In this document: positions 12,960 to 25,144 of the stretch, in pieces
Position numbering within the stretch: the first letter of the stretch is position 1
How the letters are laid out: each line of letters opens with the position of its first letter
From: Squalus acanthias
Taxonomy: Eukaryota
NCBI GenBank assembly: GCA_030390025.1
Contig: CM059432.1
Coordinates: 148,492,001-148,556,000 of the forward strand
Reading direction: 5' to 3'
DNA length: 64,000 bases
The notes under the pieces: generated by a model
The model's input: only the letters and a program-made list of their open reading frames with translations
Told to the model about the DNA's origin: nothing
The model's database searches: none
Made by a program: the position numbers and the translations under genes

Positions 12960-13720
12960 TGAGTTTCGGACTGATTTGTGTACATGGATACCCAAATCTC
13001 TTTGCTCCTCCACAGTTCCTAGTTTCTCACAATTCAGAAAATATTTTTTTTCTTGGATACAAAAAGTGGATGGGTGTAATTTTGAATTCAATGGAAATAT
13101 AAAATCGGGAGAGATGTAAAACAGGCCGCCGAATCATTCTCACCTGTTTTACACTATCGCCCAAAGTCAAAATTGCCCCCGATGTCTTCTCACTTGCCCA
13201 CATTAAACTCCATTTGCCACAGGTTGGCTCACTCCCTTAATCTATCTGTTTCCACTGTAACTTCCTGTTCCCATCTGCACAACTTATTGCGTCCCCTCTG
13301 CAAACTTGGATATACAACTCTCTATCCCTTCATCTAAGTCATCAGGTGAAAAGCTGGAGTCCCCATACAGATCCCTAGGGAACACCTTGTCACATCCTGC
13401 CAATCAAGAGTATGTTCCCTTAATCCCTACTCTTTGTCGCTTACCTCCCAACCAATTTCAAACTCATGTCACAAAGTTGCCTCCAATTCAATGCACTCTC
13501 ATTTTTGGCAATAATCTCTTGTGTGGAACCTTAACAAATTCGATCCATAGACACTCCCTTATCTACCACGTCAGTGACCTCCTGAAAAAATTCAACTAGG
13601 TTCGTTAGACATAACTTACCCGTTGCAAATCCATGCTGGCTCTCTCTGATCAGATCATAACTGTCCAAGTGCTCAGTCACTCTGTCCCTGATGACAGATT
13701 CCAGTAACTTCCCCACAACT
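12960..13720 (-). mobile_element. Degenerate CR1 ORF2 fragment
   Basis: LIRESQHGFATGKLCLTNLVEFFQEVT and EEQRDLGIHVHKS motifs. Confidence 0.75.
13072..13180. mobile_element. Small MITE (PIF/Harbinger-type) inside CR1
   Basis: Imperfect TIRs gggtgtaattttga / tcaaaattgccccc; 3-bp TSD GAT. Confidence 0.65.
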
Positions 13721-14854
13721 CCTTTAAAAACCTCCTCCTCAAAACCCATCTCTTTGACCATCCTTTTAATCACCTCTCCTAATCTCTCCTTTGTTGCTTT
13801 GGCGCCCAATTCCTATACACATTCTGTGAAGCGCACTGGGATGTATTCATGTTAATAGCGCTGGGGAAATGGAGGTTTTTGTTGTTATTTAGTAGTTTTA
13901 CCATTTCAAACTGACTCTGAAGGGATTTCTGCTCCTTCAGTATTCTGTGACTTAACAAAAACCCATGGATGAAACATGGGCACCTGTGGTTGGTAGATTA
14001 ATTACAGTCATCACTCATCAGATTGGTTTATAACTAATTTATGCACACCATGATTTCGAAGAGAATAGCTCCAAAAGTGTGAGACCAGACTTAACAGCAG
14101 CATAAATAGGAGAGCTGGTACTGAGGTCAGCCTGCCCAATTCTTTGCGCTCCCATTTTGCCGGCCATTAAAAGTCAGGAGCATCATGCTCACCCCTGCAC
14201 CTGAACCTCCAATTCGCTCTCCTGTCGAACGAGACTCCACGCTAGGGAGCAGAGTCTTCCGATTTCAGGGATACTATCTAAACTTAGGCTGGGTTTGCTG
14301 CTTCTCCTCTCGCCATTGTCCACCCGTTGATTTTAATGTACGGGAAACTGTGCGTCGGCCATCGGAGAAGCGGAAAACGTCAGCCAATCAGTTCACACAG
14401 CACATAAACAATACGCAGCAGTCAGCCAAACTTTTAACTGAGCCAGGCCCTTCCTCCTTAGCAGATCTTGGATATAAATAGTTCAGCGCTTTCTTTTTTT
14501 AAAACTGTAAACAAAATAGCGTTTTTTTTTCCCCTCTCTTCGTAGCTTCACACTTCGCAGCAGCTGCTTCCCAGGAAGAAATGTAATCACAGCTCCATTA
14601 ATTATAGGGCCAGCTGCACAATCTTTGACCCTTTCTGAATGTGATCGACAAGGAACTCAATTACCAACATTAACGTGATTAGGGATATATTTTTAATATG
14701 GAAATTGCTAGATGTGGAATATTGGGGATGATTTTACGAATATGTGTCCACTCAATTTCCCGATATACGCGGCCGGCAGGCAAGGCTTCCAGCCAGGAGC
14801 CACGTCCAGAAAAGCTGCCCTGTTATGTGCAGTTTTGGGTGAACTACCTTCAGT

Positions 14855-15195
14855 ACAGTAGTCTAGTGGCTACATTACTGGACTAGCGACCCAAAGGTTT
14901 CCGAGTTCAAATCCCACTATGACAAGTTCTAAAACTGAATTCAATAAAATCAGGTCATTTGTGGGCAAACACCTGAAAAATTACCATGGAAGCTGCCAGA
15001 CTGTTATACAAACCCAACTGGGTCACTAATGTCCTTCAGGGGAAGGAACCTGGCCCCGTCCCCATACCCGGTCTGGCCTACATCTGACTGCAGTCCCACA
15101 CTACGTGGTTGACTTTTAATATCCTCAGGGCAACGAAGGATGGGCAATAAATACTGACTTGCCAGTGTTGCCCACATCCCAACAGCAAATAAATA
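14855..15195 (+). mobile_element. tRNA-headed SINE whose 3' tail is shared with the second CR1-group LINE family
   Basis: Head gtagtctagtggc...gagttcaaatccc. Tail ggatgggcaataaatactgacttgccagtgttgcccacatccc matches the LINE ends at 35360-35420 and 62690-62740. Confidence 0.7.
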
Positions 15196-15736
15196 CATTA
15201 AAAAGAACACTTTGGAATGGGTTCAGTAACAACTTAGAGTTCCCAATTGTGAAAAGTCATAGAAATAAAGTTGCTTCATTGAAGAAAAAGAAGGCTGAGA
15301 GGAGACATGTTTCAGGTCCGTACATTGCTGGAAAGAATTAATAATGCAGTTGCAGGTGGGTCCTGTACTTGGATCGTAAGAAGCAGCTAGATAGACTGCA
15401 GTGGAGATGAGGGGGCGAACTTTGCAATTTAGCACTCCCAGTGCAAAGCTTCACACAATAATAGTTCACTTTGGGAATAGAGTTTATCACATCTCAATTG
15501 CAACCCATGACATTTTCCATCCATTAATTCTGGATATACATTCCCATCACGCAAAGAAAGCTCTGGCAGCACTAAATTACAAAAATTAACCCCAAGAAGC
15601 CTGTATTTATCCGACAGAGAGTTGTAGGAGTGGGACAGGCTCTCAGCAAAAACAGTAATTATGTACTGATTAACTGCTGGAAAAAGAATGGATAAGTGTC
15701 TGGTTAAAAATGTTAGCGAAGCCTGTAAGTCAGAGA

Positions 15737-15925
15737 TGATGTGGAGATGCCGGTGTTGGACAAATGTGAGAAGTCGCACAACACCAGGTTATAGTCCAAC
15801 AGCTTTATTTGAAATCACAAGCTTTCGGAGCGCTGCTCCTTCGTCAGGTGAAGTCAGCGCTCCGAAAGCTTGTGATTTCAAATAAAGCTGTTGGACTATA
15901 ACCTGGTGTTGTGCGACTTCTCATA
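15737..15925 (-). mobile_element. Penelope-derived fold-back mini-element
   Basis: Perfect 69-bp inverted arms at 15767-15835 and 15855-15923; 11-bp TSD TAAGTCAGAGA at 15726-15736 and 15926-15936. Confidence 0.88.
15815..15851 (-). ncRNA. Minimal type-I hammerhead ribozyme motif (Penelope-associated)
   Basis: TCAC-CTGACGA-A-GGAGC-AGC-GCTCC-GAAA-GC-TT-GTGA: stem I TCAC/GTGA, core CUGANGA, 5-bp stem II, GAAA, palindromic AAGCTT in place of helix III. Confidence 0.7.
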
Positions 15926-16700
15926 TAAGTCAGAGAGAGAGAGAGAAAGAGATGATCAAATAGCATGTGAAACAAGGTGCGCCAGGTGCTGCTGTGGAAT
16001 GGAACTGGTCAGAGCTGTGAGCGAGTGTCGTAATCTTGTTTGGATATTCTGAAGTTTTGTGGGATTCAGATGGAAATGCGCTCCATGATTCACACAGCAT
16101 GACCTTTTTTGCGGGTTTGGTTGCCATTGTTTGCCTCCATTGGGAGACTGAATGGGTAGAGCGGATTCCCTGCTGGTTCTGTGGAGAAATCTGAGTTGAT
16201 GGGCTGAAAGACCTATTTAATAAAAAAGCGTGTGTCTGCATGCACTTCCTGTCAACCCTTCCAGGATAAATTCCTGTGTCCACACTTACACTGGAAACTG
16301 CCTATGTAAATTTCCCATGCTGTAGTTAGACCTTCCCACCAGCAACGGTGCTGCAGCATCTCATTTCTGTGTCAACAACTCAGCAGAAACTGCAGAGAAA
16401 CTCCTGTGTAACAATCAACTATATTTTTCGGCTTCCCAAATTAATGCAAGTTGTACTATTTATCAATAAATAATAATGAATTATTTAAATATAAAAATAA
16501 GGACAGAATGTATGACTTTAAAATGGGGACTGAATTACGTCTGCATGTCCTGATCGAATTCTGCTCTCTAACCTAATTTCACCTCAGTAACATACTTGGG
16601 CTTCACTCTGTGTATGCAACATCACAGAAGATTAACAATATCTATATCATGTGTTAAAAGTCTAATGTATAGCATGCATTTCCTGCAAGTGTCACACTTA

Positions 16701-17354
16701 GGGCTGGATTTTGATACGGGGCGGGTTGGGGTCGTGTCATCTGCATTTCGTGTTATCCACCCGACTGCATTTGGATGTGGGAGATTGATGCAATTTTCAC
16801 TTAATTGGGCAACTGAGTTCCAGCATGTGGGAACCCATGAACTAATTAGTGTTTTCAGTCTGAAAGTCGCCTCTGATGATGTCATCATTGCTGCAGCATT
16901 GCAGGTCAGGTCAGAGACTGCCTGGCCTTTGGTGTGAGAGGACCTGGATGCAAAATGAGCATCAGCTCTAAGGAGAGAGAGAGAGAGAGAGACCTAATAC
17001 TACTACTACCTTCATCACATCTCCGTTGTAATAGTGGACCTGCAGCTGATAGTCAGCTATCCACTTGTGCTCCCGCCAGGTTTCATGGCGTGTTTCACAT
17101 CAGGCGTGCTTCACGTCGGAAAAGGGTTAAACTAGCTAAAACGTTTCAAAATGGCATTACAGAGCCAATTTAGGGCTTGTTAAGGGCTTTAATGGCCTCT
17201 CCCGCCTCTTGGAGGTGGGACGGAGTCGGGAACCCCACAAACAATTTTATCAAAATTGCGTGGAGGCGGGTTGGGGTTGGGACCTCCAAATCTGCAACTT
17301 TAACCCCCCCCCCGCCTCCAAACCCGACTCCACGGGTCATTGAAAATCCAGCCC
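16701..17354. mobile_element. PIF/Harbinger-type non-autonomous element (MITE), copy 1
   Basis: TIRs GGGCTGGATTTT / AAAATCCAGCCC; TSD TTA; colinear with 33968-34619. Confidence 0.85.
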
Positions 17355-18395
17355 TTACTCTCTGTAACACTTTCCTCGTCACATTGTTGCCAGCAGCCCG
17401 CCCGTTATAAATTAGCCTTTCTTCTGACTCACCCAATGTCTACCCCCAACAACCACGTAACTTACCGAGCGGGGAATCTGTTAAAAAAACACACACACAC
17501 ACGCAGTTGGGGACACCCCGACCGTAACTCTTCCCCCCCCCCCCCCCCCCACTTGGAAACCCCATCCCAATAAATAGCGTGTTTTTGAATGGGGTAAAAA
17601 AAATGTTGCTGATTTTTTTTGTAGCACTGATTTTTGCCCCTGACTTTCACCCCAGAAAGAGTGACATCACTTGTCTCCTTTTTTCCCAGATTTCATCTGG
17701 ATTCAATTTTTTGAGAGAAATTTAAAGCAAAACTGAAAAGAAGTAATAATAGAGGGCAGCCTTATTAATCAAACATAACATTTAACTATTTAATAAGTAA
17801 TAATCAACAACACAGCCTTATTAATCAAATGTCACATTTAGACATTTCATTCCCACGCAAGATTGTGACATTGCAAGGCTGACTTGTATTATAAGTCACT
17901 GCTGTTTATTAAATAGAGGCTTCTGATTACAAGTTGGATTCAATGTATTAAACAACAGCACCCACACTTGGGCCAAACCATTTAAAAATTAAATCAAAAG
18001 CATCACTGTCACAGCATAGACAGTACTGGATTCTTATGTTCGAGACGCGAATTCAAATCCCACCCTTGACTGGCATCCAGAGTTAGCTATCTTAATAGAA
18101 GGCTAAATGCTGCTGGGTCCAGGAAAATATCATTAGTGGAAAGCAGGAATGGAGGGAAAAGTGTAGACAAACATTGTGGAGTTTTGAGAATTAGGGAAAT
18201 GTTTTGCAGCGCTTTCCCTCAGAAGATTAATAAATCTGTGGGCTTGATGGATCGAATGACCTATACTCATTCCATGCTTACATACGTTTTTAATGAATGT
18301 GCTTCTGTCATATCTCAAGCAAGCCAGACTAGCAAACGTCTTCATTTCTGAAGGAGGATCAGGTAGGGAGGGGGGAAATAGGCATGGAAGAAATG

Positions 18396-19102
18396 AACAA
18401 CAACAGCAACTTGTATTCATATAGCACCTTCAACGTAGTAAAGCGTCCCGAGGCAATTCAAGGCCTTAGCAAGCCCAAGGCAGCGGATGAGCTGAGGCAA
18501 GGACGGAGTCGGCGATGTTACAGAGGTGGAAATAGGCGGTCTTAGTGATGGCGCGGATATGTGATCGGAAGCTCATCTCGGGGTCAGATATGACACCAAG
18601 GTTGCAAACTGTCTGGTTCAGCCTCAGACAGTTGCCAGGGACGGGGGATGAAGTCGACGGCTAGGGAATGGAGTTTGTGGCGGGGACCAAAGACAATGGC
18701 TTCAATCGTCTTAATACTTAGTTGGAGGTAATTTCTGCTCATCCAGTACTGGATGTCGGACAAGCAGTCTGACAATTTAGAGACAGTGGCGGGGTCGAGA
18801 GAAGTGGTGGTGAGGTAGAGCTGGGTATTGTCAGAGTACATGTGGAAACTGATGCTATGTTTTCGGATGTTATCGCCAAGGGGCAGCATGTAGGTGAGAA
18901 ATAGGAGGGGGCCAAGGATAGATCCTTGAGGGACTCCAGAGGTAACAGTGCAGGAGCGAGAAGAGAAGCCATTGCAGGTGATTTTCTGGCTACAACTGGA
19001 TCGATAAGAATGGAACCCGGCGAGTGCAGTCCCACCCAGCTGGACGACGGTGGAGAGGCGTTGGAGGAGGATGGTGTGGTCAACCGTGTCAAAGGCCGCA
19101 GA
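18396..19102 (-). mobile_element. L2 LINE fragment (RT) joined to its 3' tail by an internal deletion
   Basis: SAAFDTVDHTILL...GVPQGSILGPLLF...YSDNTQLY; L2 tail at 18396-18460. Confidence 0.85.
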
Positions 19103-19440
19103 CAATAAACTGATGGACCGCTCTTTCCCAACAAAGCATACCTCCTGCGGAAAGACAGACCATGATATTGGTGGCTCCTGTCATGATGTCCAAGGGGGTC
19201 CCAGAGGGCAGATGGAATTGGGGCAACCAAACAGAGATATAATGTGATTAAAAAGAAAAGACGAAAAGAGTCTAGCACAGGGTTAACCTCCTGAAAGTGA
19301 AGCTGTGCTGTCAGCATTGTAAAGGCAAAGGAAATCCATGCACAAGGACAATGACTAACCAGCCAAAGCTTCAAACACATTAATCAAAACAAGCTGTTAC
19401 TGTACCATCTGGCGTAAACATAATAGACTCAGCATTCTAC

Positions 19441-19527
19441 CTTGGACTGCGATCTCATGAACGGAAATCCCACGCTGCATTTCAGGAAGTCCGACTCCAT
19501 CAGTTCACAGTAAGTGCCTTTTTCTTC
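19441..19527 (-). CDS. itga9: Integrin alpha-9 coding exon (87 nt)
   Basis: catttcag|GAA GAA AAA...TCC AAG|gtagaa = EEKGTYCELMESDFLKCSVGFPFMRSQSK versus ITGA9 EEMGISCELLESDFLKCSVGFPFMRSKSK; phase 0/0. Confidence 0.95.
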
Positions 19528-20114
19528 CTGAAATGATGACGGGCAGGGTGAGAAATTACCGATCACAACTGGAAAACTGGTTCCGAACAATAGTCAATAA
19601 AAGTAGCAGGATACCAAGCTCTCTCTTCAGCAGGTCACTTTATTCCTGGGTAAATTCAGCAGTAATTAAAAGGACTATAAGGAAATGTATGAACTCATTA
19701 CATTCTAACTTTAAAAACAAATCTTTGCAATTAAGGCTTGTAAAAACATTCTAGAGAATACTTCAGTCCAGTTCTCAGGAAATCTGTTCATCCTGCAGTC
19801 TCATCAGTGAATATTTTTTTATACATAAACTCCCATTGAGCTGAAATCACTGAGAAAGTGAACTCCTTTCTGCTTATTGAGCTGACCTGGGACAAAGGTC
19901 CAAGCCAGCCCAGGTCAATCAGATGGTTGTTCGGTTCAGCTCTGCTTGCCATTTTTGGTAAATGGATTTGGTGCTAATGCTGGCAGAACATTCACTGGTG
20001 TCACCAAGACAGCTATCCAAATCAAGTTGACATCAAAAGCCAAACAATCACATAGGGGTAAGCAGCTGAATCATGTGGGGCAGAGATCGGGCTGTGATGG
20101 GTAAAATTAAAAAA

Positions 20115-20192
20115 AAAAAAATGCTGGAAATACTCAGCAGGTCAGGCAGCATCTGTGGAGAGAGAAACAGAGTTAACGTTTCAGGTCGATGA
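20115..20192 (-). mobile_element. Penelope-like terminal fragment (second family)
   Basis: atgctggaaatactcagcaggtcaggcagcatctgtggagagagaaacagagttaacgtttcaggtcga, the same sequence family as the arms at 29025-29205. Confidence 0.7.
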
Positions 20193-20226
20193 GCTTATTT
20201 CCTCACGCAGAGCGAAGACTCGGCAA

Positions 20227-20673
20227 GTGTCAGCTTGGTTTAGTTGGTAGCGTTTCACCTCTGAGTGAGAAGGTTGTGGGTTCAAGCCCCACTCCAGGAC
20301 TCGAGCAGATAATCTAGACTGACAATTCAGTGCAATACTGGCGGAGTACTGCACTATCTGTTGGACAAGCCGTTAAGCCGAGGTCCTATTTCCCTGCTCA
20401 GGTAGATGTAAAAGATTCCATAAGACTATTCAAGGAAGAACAGGAGAGTGCGTTGGTATCCTGACCAACATTTATGCCTCAATCCACAGCAGGAGAAACA
20501 GATTAACTGGTTGTTCATCTCATCTGTGTTCTGTGGGATCTTGCTCTGTACAAATTGGCTGCTGCGTTTGCCTACATAACAACAGTGACCACTCTTCAAA
20601 AAGGAATTCCGTGACTGTGAACCGCCTTTGCGACATCCCATGGATGTAAAAGGCACTATGTAAATGCAAGTTG
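20227..20673 (+). mobile_element. DeuSINE (diverged copy)
   Basis: tRNA-like head, caggtagatgtaaaagattcca Deu core, tail aaggcactatgtaaatgcaagttg. Confidence 0.8.
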
Positions 20674-21496
20674 GCTCTGTATACTTTACAGTGTTGGCAG
20701 GCAGTGATACTGCCACTTGCAAACTCAATTGAAAAAGTTCTATGCCTTGGAAAGGATTTAACTGGTCGGAAAGGATTTAACTGGTCTGAAATGTAAACAG
20801 TTTACAAATAGATTGATGACAGTGACCAGCTGCTGTCTGCTGGTGTGACCCCCCCTCTCTGCCTGGGAATTTTTAAACAGCATTAAAAGTGGAACCAACC
20901 CTAACAGCACAAGCTTTTATTCTCAAAGCAAGACCTTTTTACAAATGCTCTGCCCTGCTATTGTGTAACAAAAGGAAAAGCAGTTTTCCTGCAGCTAGTT
21001 GGAGGAACTGTTGGCTCGATAAAGTAGCTAGCCAGCTGGTTTCTGCCGTTACTACTTGTCTAGTTGCTCTGAGAAGGTGACATTTATCAGAATTTATTAA
21101 AGGGACAGTGGCACTGTGAGGGAGGGGGGCTCTGGCGGAGCCCAGGGCAAGGGAGGCCCAATGTTTCCTCATGAGGCCCAGAGAAGCACTCCCGCTTCCC
21201 CTGGCCCACAAGGAAACCTAAAATAAAGTTAGAAAACTTACCTGGCCAATGATCCATCTCCCGGCAGGTCTGGCCTATCACTGCTCCCCCTGCTCAGGCC
21301 TCCAACTACAATTGCAGATCGGGTCCCAGTGACATCATCGGACCCGATCTGCATATTTAAAGAAGGACCCCGCTTCCATCCTGCGGGTGCCCTGCTCTCG
21401 CCTGCTCAAACAATCCGCCAAGTTTCCAAACTTAGTTGACCACCAGCTGTTTTCCTGCAGGATGAGTGAAATTCAGATGGGGAAGGCTTTTCCTTA

Positions 21497-21760
21497 TTTG
21501 TTGTTGGGATTGCATTTCTTGCCCACCCCTGATTGGTCTGAGGGCATCAAAGGTCAACCGCATGGTGTGGGACTGGAGTTGCGTGTAGGTCAGAGCAGGT
21601 AATGGTGACAGCTTCCATTGCCTGAAGGGCATCAGTCAACCAGTTGGGTTTTTACACCAATACAGCAGCCTTTATAAACATTTTCCCCCTGGTACTAGCC
21701 CATAAATTGAACTCTCAACCTCTGGGCGGCTAGTCCAGTACCATAACCACTAGGTTACTA
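21497..21760 (-). mobile_element. Second copy of the SINE family seen at 14855
   Basis: Reverse-complement similarity (cctgaagggcatcagtcaaccagttgggttttt; ctagtccagtaccataaccactagg). Confidence 0.55.
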
Positions 21761-21942
21761 TATCCAAGAGATATGTGCCTGGGGGAGGGAGGAGGAAATT
21801 TAGGGGAAAAACAATCAGGATATTTGCCAAGTTGCTCCCATGCCACACCCCAAGGGGAAGATTTTTTACTGGCCGCACCAGGCGGAAATGCTGCACTAGC
21901 TCTCCGAAAAGCGCGGGAAATTCTAACCGCCCCTTTTCCCGT

Positions 21943-22783
21943 GTAACAGGGCTAGACAGACTGGATGCAGGAAGGATGTTCCCGATGGCGGGTGAGTCCA
22001 CAACAAGAGGTCACAGTCTAAAGATAAGGGGTAAGCCATTTAGGACAGAGAGGGCAACACGGTGGCATAGTGGTTAGCACTGGTGCCTCACAGCGCCAGG
22101 GACCCGGGTTCGAATCTGGCCTCGGGTGACTGTCTGTGTGGAGTTTGCACATTCTCCCCGTGTCTGCGTGGGTTTCCTCCGGGTGCTCCGGTTTCCTCCC
22201 ACAGTCCAAAAATGTGTGGGTTAGGTTGATTTGGCTATGATAAATTGACCCTTAGTGTTAGGGGGGGATTAAATATGTGGGGTTACGGGGATAGGATGGG
22301 ATATATTAGGGGAATTAAATACGTGGGGTTACAGGGATGGGGTGGGATATGTGTCGGTGCAGGCTCGATGGGCCGAGATGGCCTCTATCTGTACTGTGGG
22401 GATTCTGTGTGAGAGGGCAGGGACAGGGGGCTGGATTTGGATGATCAGCCATGATCGTATTGAATGGTGGAGCAGGCTCGACGGGCCGAATGGCCTACTC
22501 CTGCTCCTAGTTTCTATGTTTCTAGATGAGGAGGAATTTCTTCACCCAGAGAGTGGTGAACCTGTGGAATTCTCTACCACAGAAGGCAGTTGAGGCCAAG
22601 TCAGTAAATATATTCAAGAAAGAGTTAGATATATTTCTTAAGGCTAAAGGTATCAAGGGATATGGGGAGAAAGCAGGGACAGGGTACTGAGTTTGGATGA
22701 TCAGCCATGATCTCATCGAATGGCGGAGCAGGCTCGAGGGGCCGAATGGCCTACTCCTGCTCCTATCTTCTATGTTTCTATGT
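21943..22783 (+). mobile_element. CR1 3' fragment, interrupted by a V-SINE plus an extra CR1 tail
   Basis: GLDRLDAGRMFPMAG...GKPFRTE|MRRNFFTQRVVNLW; CR1 3' UTR and tctatgtttctatg tail. Confidence 0.88.
22052..22410 (+). mobile_element. V-SINE (HE1-like)
   Basis: tRNA-like head ggtggcatagtggttagcac...gggttcgaatc; V domain gtgtggagtttgcacattctccccgtgtctgcgtgggtttcctccgggtgctccggtttcctcccac; CR1-like tail. Confidence 0.9.
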
Positions 22784-24564
22784 CCGATGCGACCTATATC
22801 GTCCTGAAAGGGGCCGACTACTAGACGGCAAGAGCACCCGCCTGTTTCAAATTGGAGTTCTGTGATGTATGATTTAGAGACACAACCATGGGTCCCGTGC
22901 AGCCAGCTTGCCAATAGAAAAACCGCGCGTACGCGGTATGTTAAACGGGCCGCGTGGCGCCCCCCCCCACAAAGATTGCAGGGAACACTGGACACAACTG
23001 GGCGAAGCGTGTACCGTGAACACTTTTACCCGGCAAACAAAAACAGTAAGGTTAAAAGTATTTGGTCGGCCGCCCAATCGTTAAAGTCTACCCTCAAGAT
23101 TTCAACTGGGCAATTTGTTTGCAGCTACCTGCCCAATGCTAATTTGCAGCAGAGGTCTCTGGATAATGATCAGGAGTAGAAAACTGACTTTTCCTCACTC
23201 TATCGCCCAGGGCCACTGAGGCCAATCGTAGCCCCTCCCCTCCTCCTCCAATACCGGACCAGCTGATATCTGTTTACTCATGCACAGATTAGGGATTGAA
23301 CTTGGAACCTTCCCGGTCCGTAGGCCTTCATGTCTCATTTCACAGTTCATTTATTCATGAAGATATCTGGGGAGATAACCCCTCGTTCCCCCTCTGCCAC
23401 CCCTTCAGTCTCGATGGCAGCAAAGCATAAACAGACCCAAAGGAATGTTACTAAGCCCAGATGTTTTAGTGATGAGGTCTGATATTATCTCACCAGCTGG
23501 AGAAAGTTGATCAACGAGCACCGATAATGGCCAGTCACTTGATCTTGGAACGCTCGACCTAGTCAGCACCCACACGTGGAAAATATGCCACAATAAGTAA
23601 AAGAGGCTGAACAACATCAAACGCAGCGGCTCAATCAGCTGACAGTGACAGCACACCAGGCTCAATAAGATCATATCTCGGAGAGTAAAACTTTCAAAAT
23701 TCTGTCTCTTCCTTACTGTATTCACCACACGTCAACACAATCCCATTTAAATTCAGCTTGCAACAGCCTTCAATACATGACCTCTGTATTTGGCACTGGC
23801 TGCACATTTTCTTGCATATTCCGTGATCTCAGGAGTAAAGACTGTCTGTCTCCCCTCCCTTCTCATATGCTAACAGCACTTACATCGAGAAGACTGTGAA
23901 TGGCCAGTCCGAAAGATACCTTTTTTCAGAGCATTATGATGTGCAAAGATTAAATTCAAAACATTACATGGAACAGCTGGATTTTTTTTTATTCATTTAA
24001 AAACTTGTATTACTGGCTGCTCTTGCACAGAAAACGTCAGTGCTCCAACCCTGGCCTCTTGCTTTACTTTAAACAAAACCTTTGGGTATTCGGGGAAGAA
24101 ATATCATTGCTTGTACAGTAGAAAGTAAACCATGTTGCAGTTGTTTAAAAAAATATATGAATTAAATATCCGTAAGGAATTTGGTGTGTTTTATAAAATT
24201 CGTATGGCTAAATATAAGGCAACATTAAAAGACATTTCTCCTTGGCTCGTTCCAAATGTTTTTCTAAAATTACTGGAAGTTCTTCCAAATGGACCTTACC
24301 CCAATGTTTGAAAACAGAAAGCTGTGACCATTGCTGCCCTGGGAACTATAGAGGAGCAACGAGCTGGTCTAATCTGGAAGGCGCTGAAATGTCTCTTTCC
24401 ATAGTCTATTCAAATACTATCAATACTATCTCACTTCCCCTCACCCTCCACACAGATAAACAGTCCCACAGACAAGAGTGTCACATCTAATGCTCAATGG
24501 TGAGCAACATAGAAACCATAATGAACAGATTTATACACTGATAAACTATCAGTCTGTCTATTCC

Positions 24565-24893
24565 AGAACATAAGACATAATAGGAGCAGGAATAGGCCAC
24601 TTGGACCCTCGAGCCTGCTCCGCCATTCAATAAGATCATGGCTGATCTTGGGCTCAAAGCCACTTCCCTGCCCGCTCCCCATAACCCTTCACTCCCTTAT
24701 CTTGCAAAAACCTGTCTATCTCCACCTTAAATGTATTTAATGACCCAGCCTCCACGGCTCTCTGGGGCAGAGAATTCCACAGATTTACGACCCTCTGAGA
24801 GAAGAAATTCCTCCTCATCTCAGTTCTAAAAGGGCGACCCTTTATTCTGAACCTGTGCCCCCAAGTTCTAGATTTCCCCACGAGGGGAAACAG
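24565..24893 (-). mobile_element. CR1 3' fragment
   Basis: GHRFRIKGRPFRTEMRRNFFSQRVVNLW plus 3' UTR; nearly identical to 39066-39400. Confidence 0.9.
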
Positions 24894-25144
24894 AACTTTA
24901 TATCAGAAGGGGGTCTTGAAATGAAGCAGGATGCTTCTCTGAGCAGACGGTCGCCTTGCTCTGCACAGCCTCATTTTCTGTTGAGAGAGCAGATTTCCCT
25001 GGGAGGGAGCTTTGCACACTGGCCGTGATTTCCCCGATTGGCCTGACTGACAAGTTAGGCTTACTATCAGCAGTAACAGCTCCAAAGCTGTGCCCTATGA
25101 ATTTCCTCTGAAGCACGTTCGAATGCTTTAATATTCCTTTTGAG

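Noticed and set aside
20749..20786. 19-bp exact tandem duplication
   Set aside because: An ordinary local duplication with no further structure.
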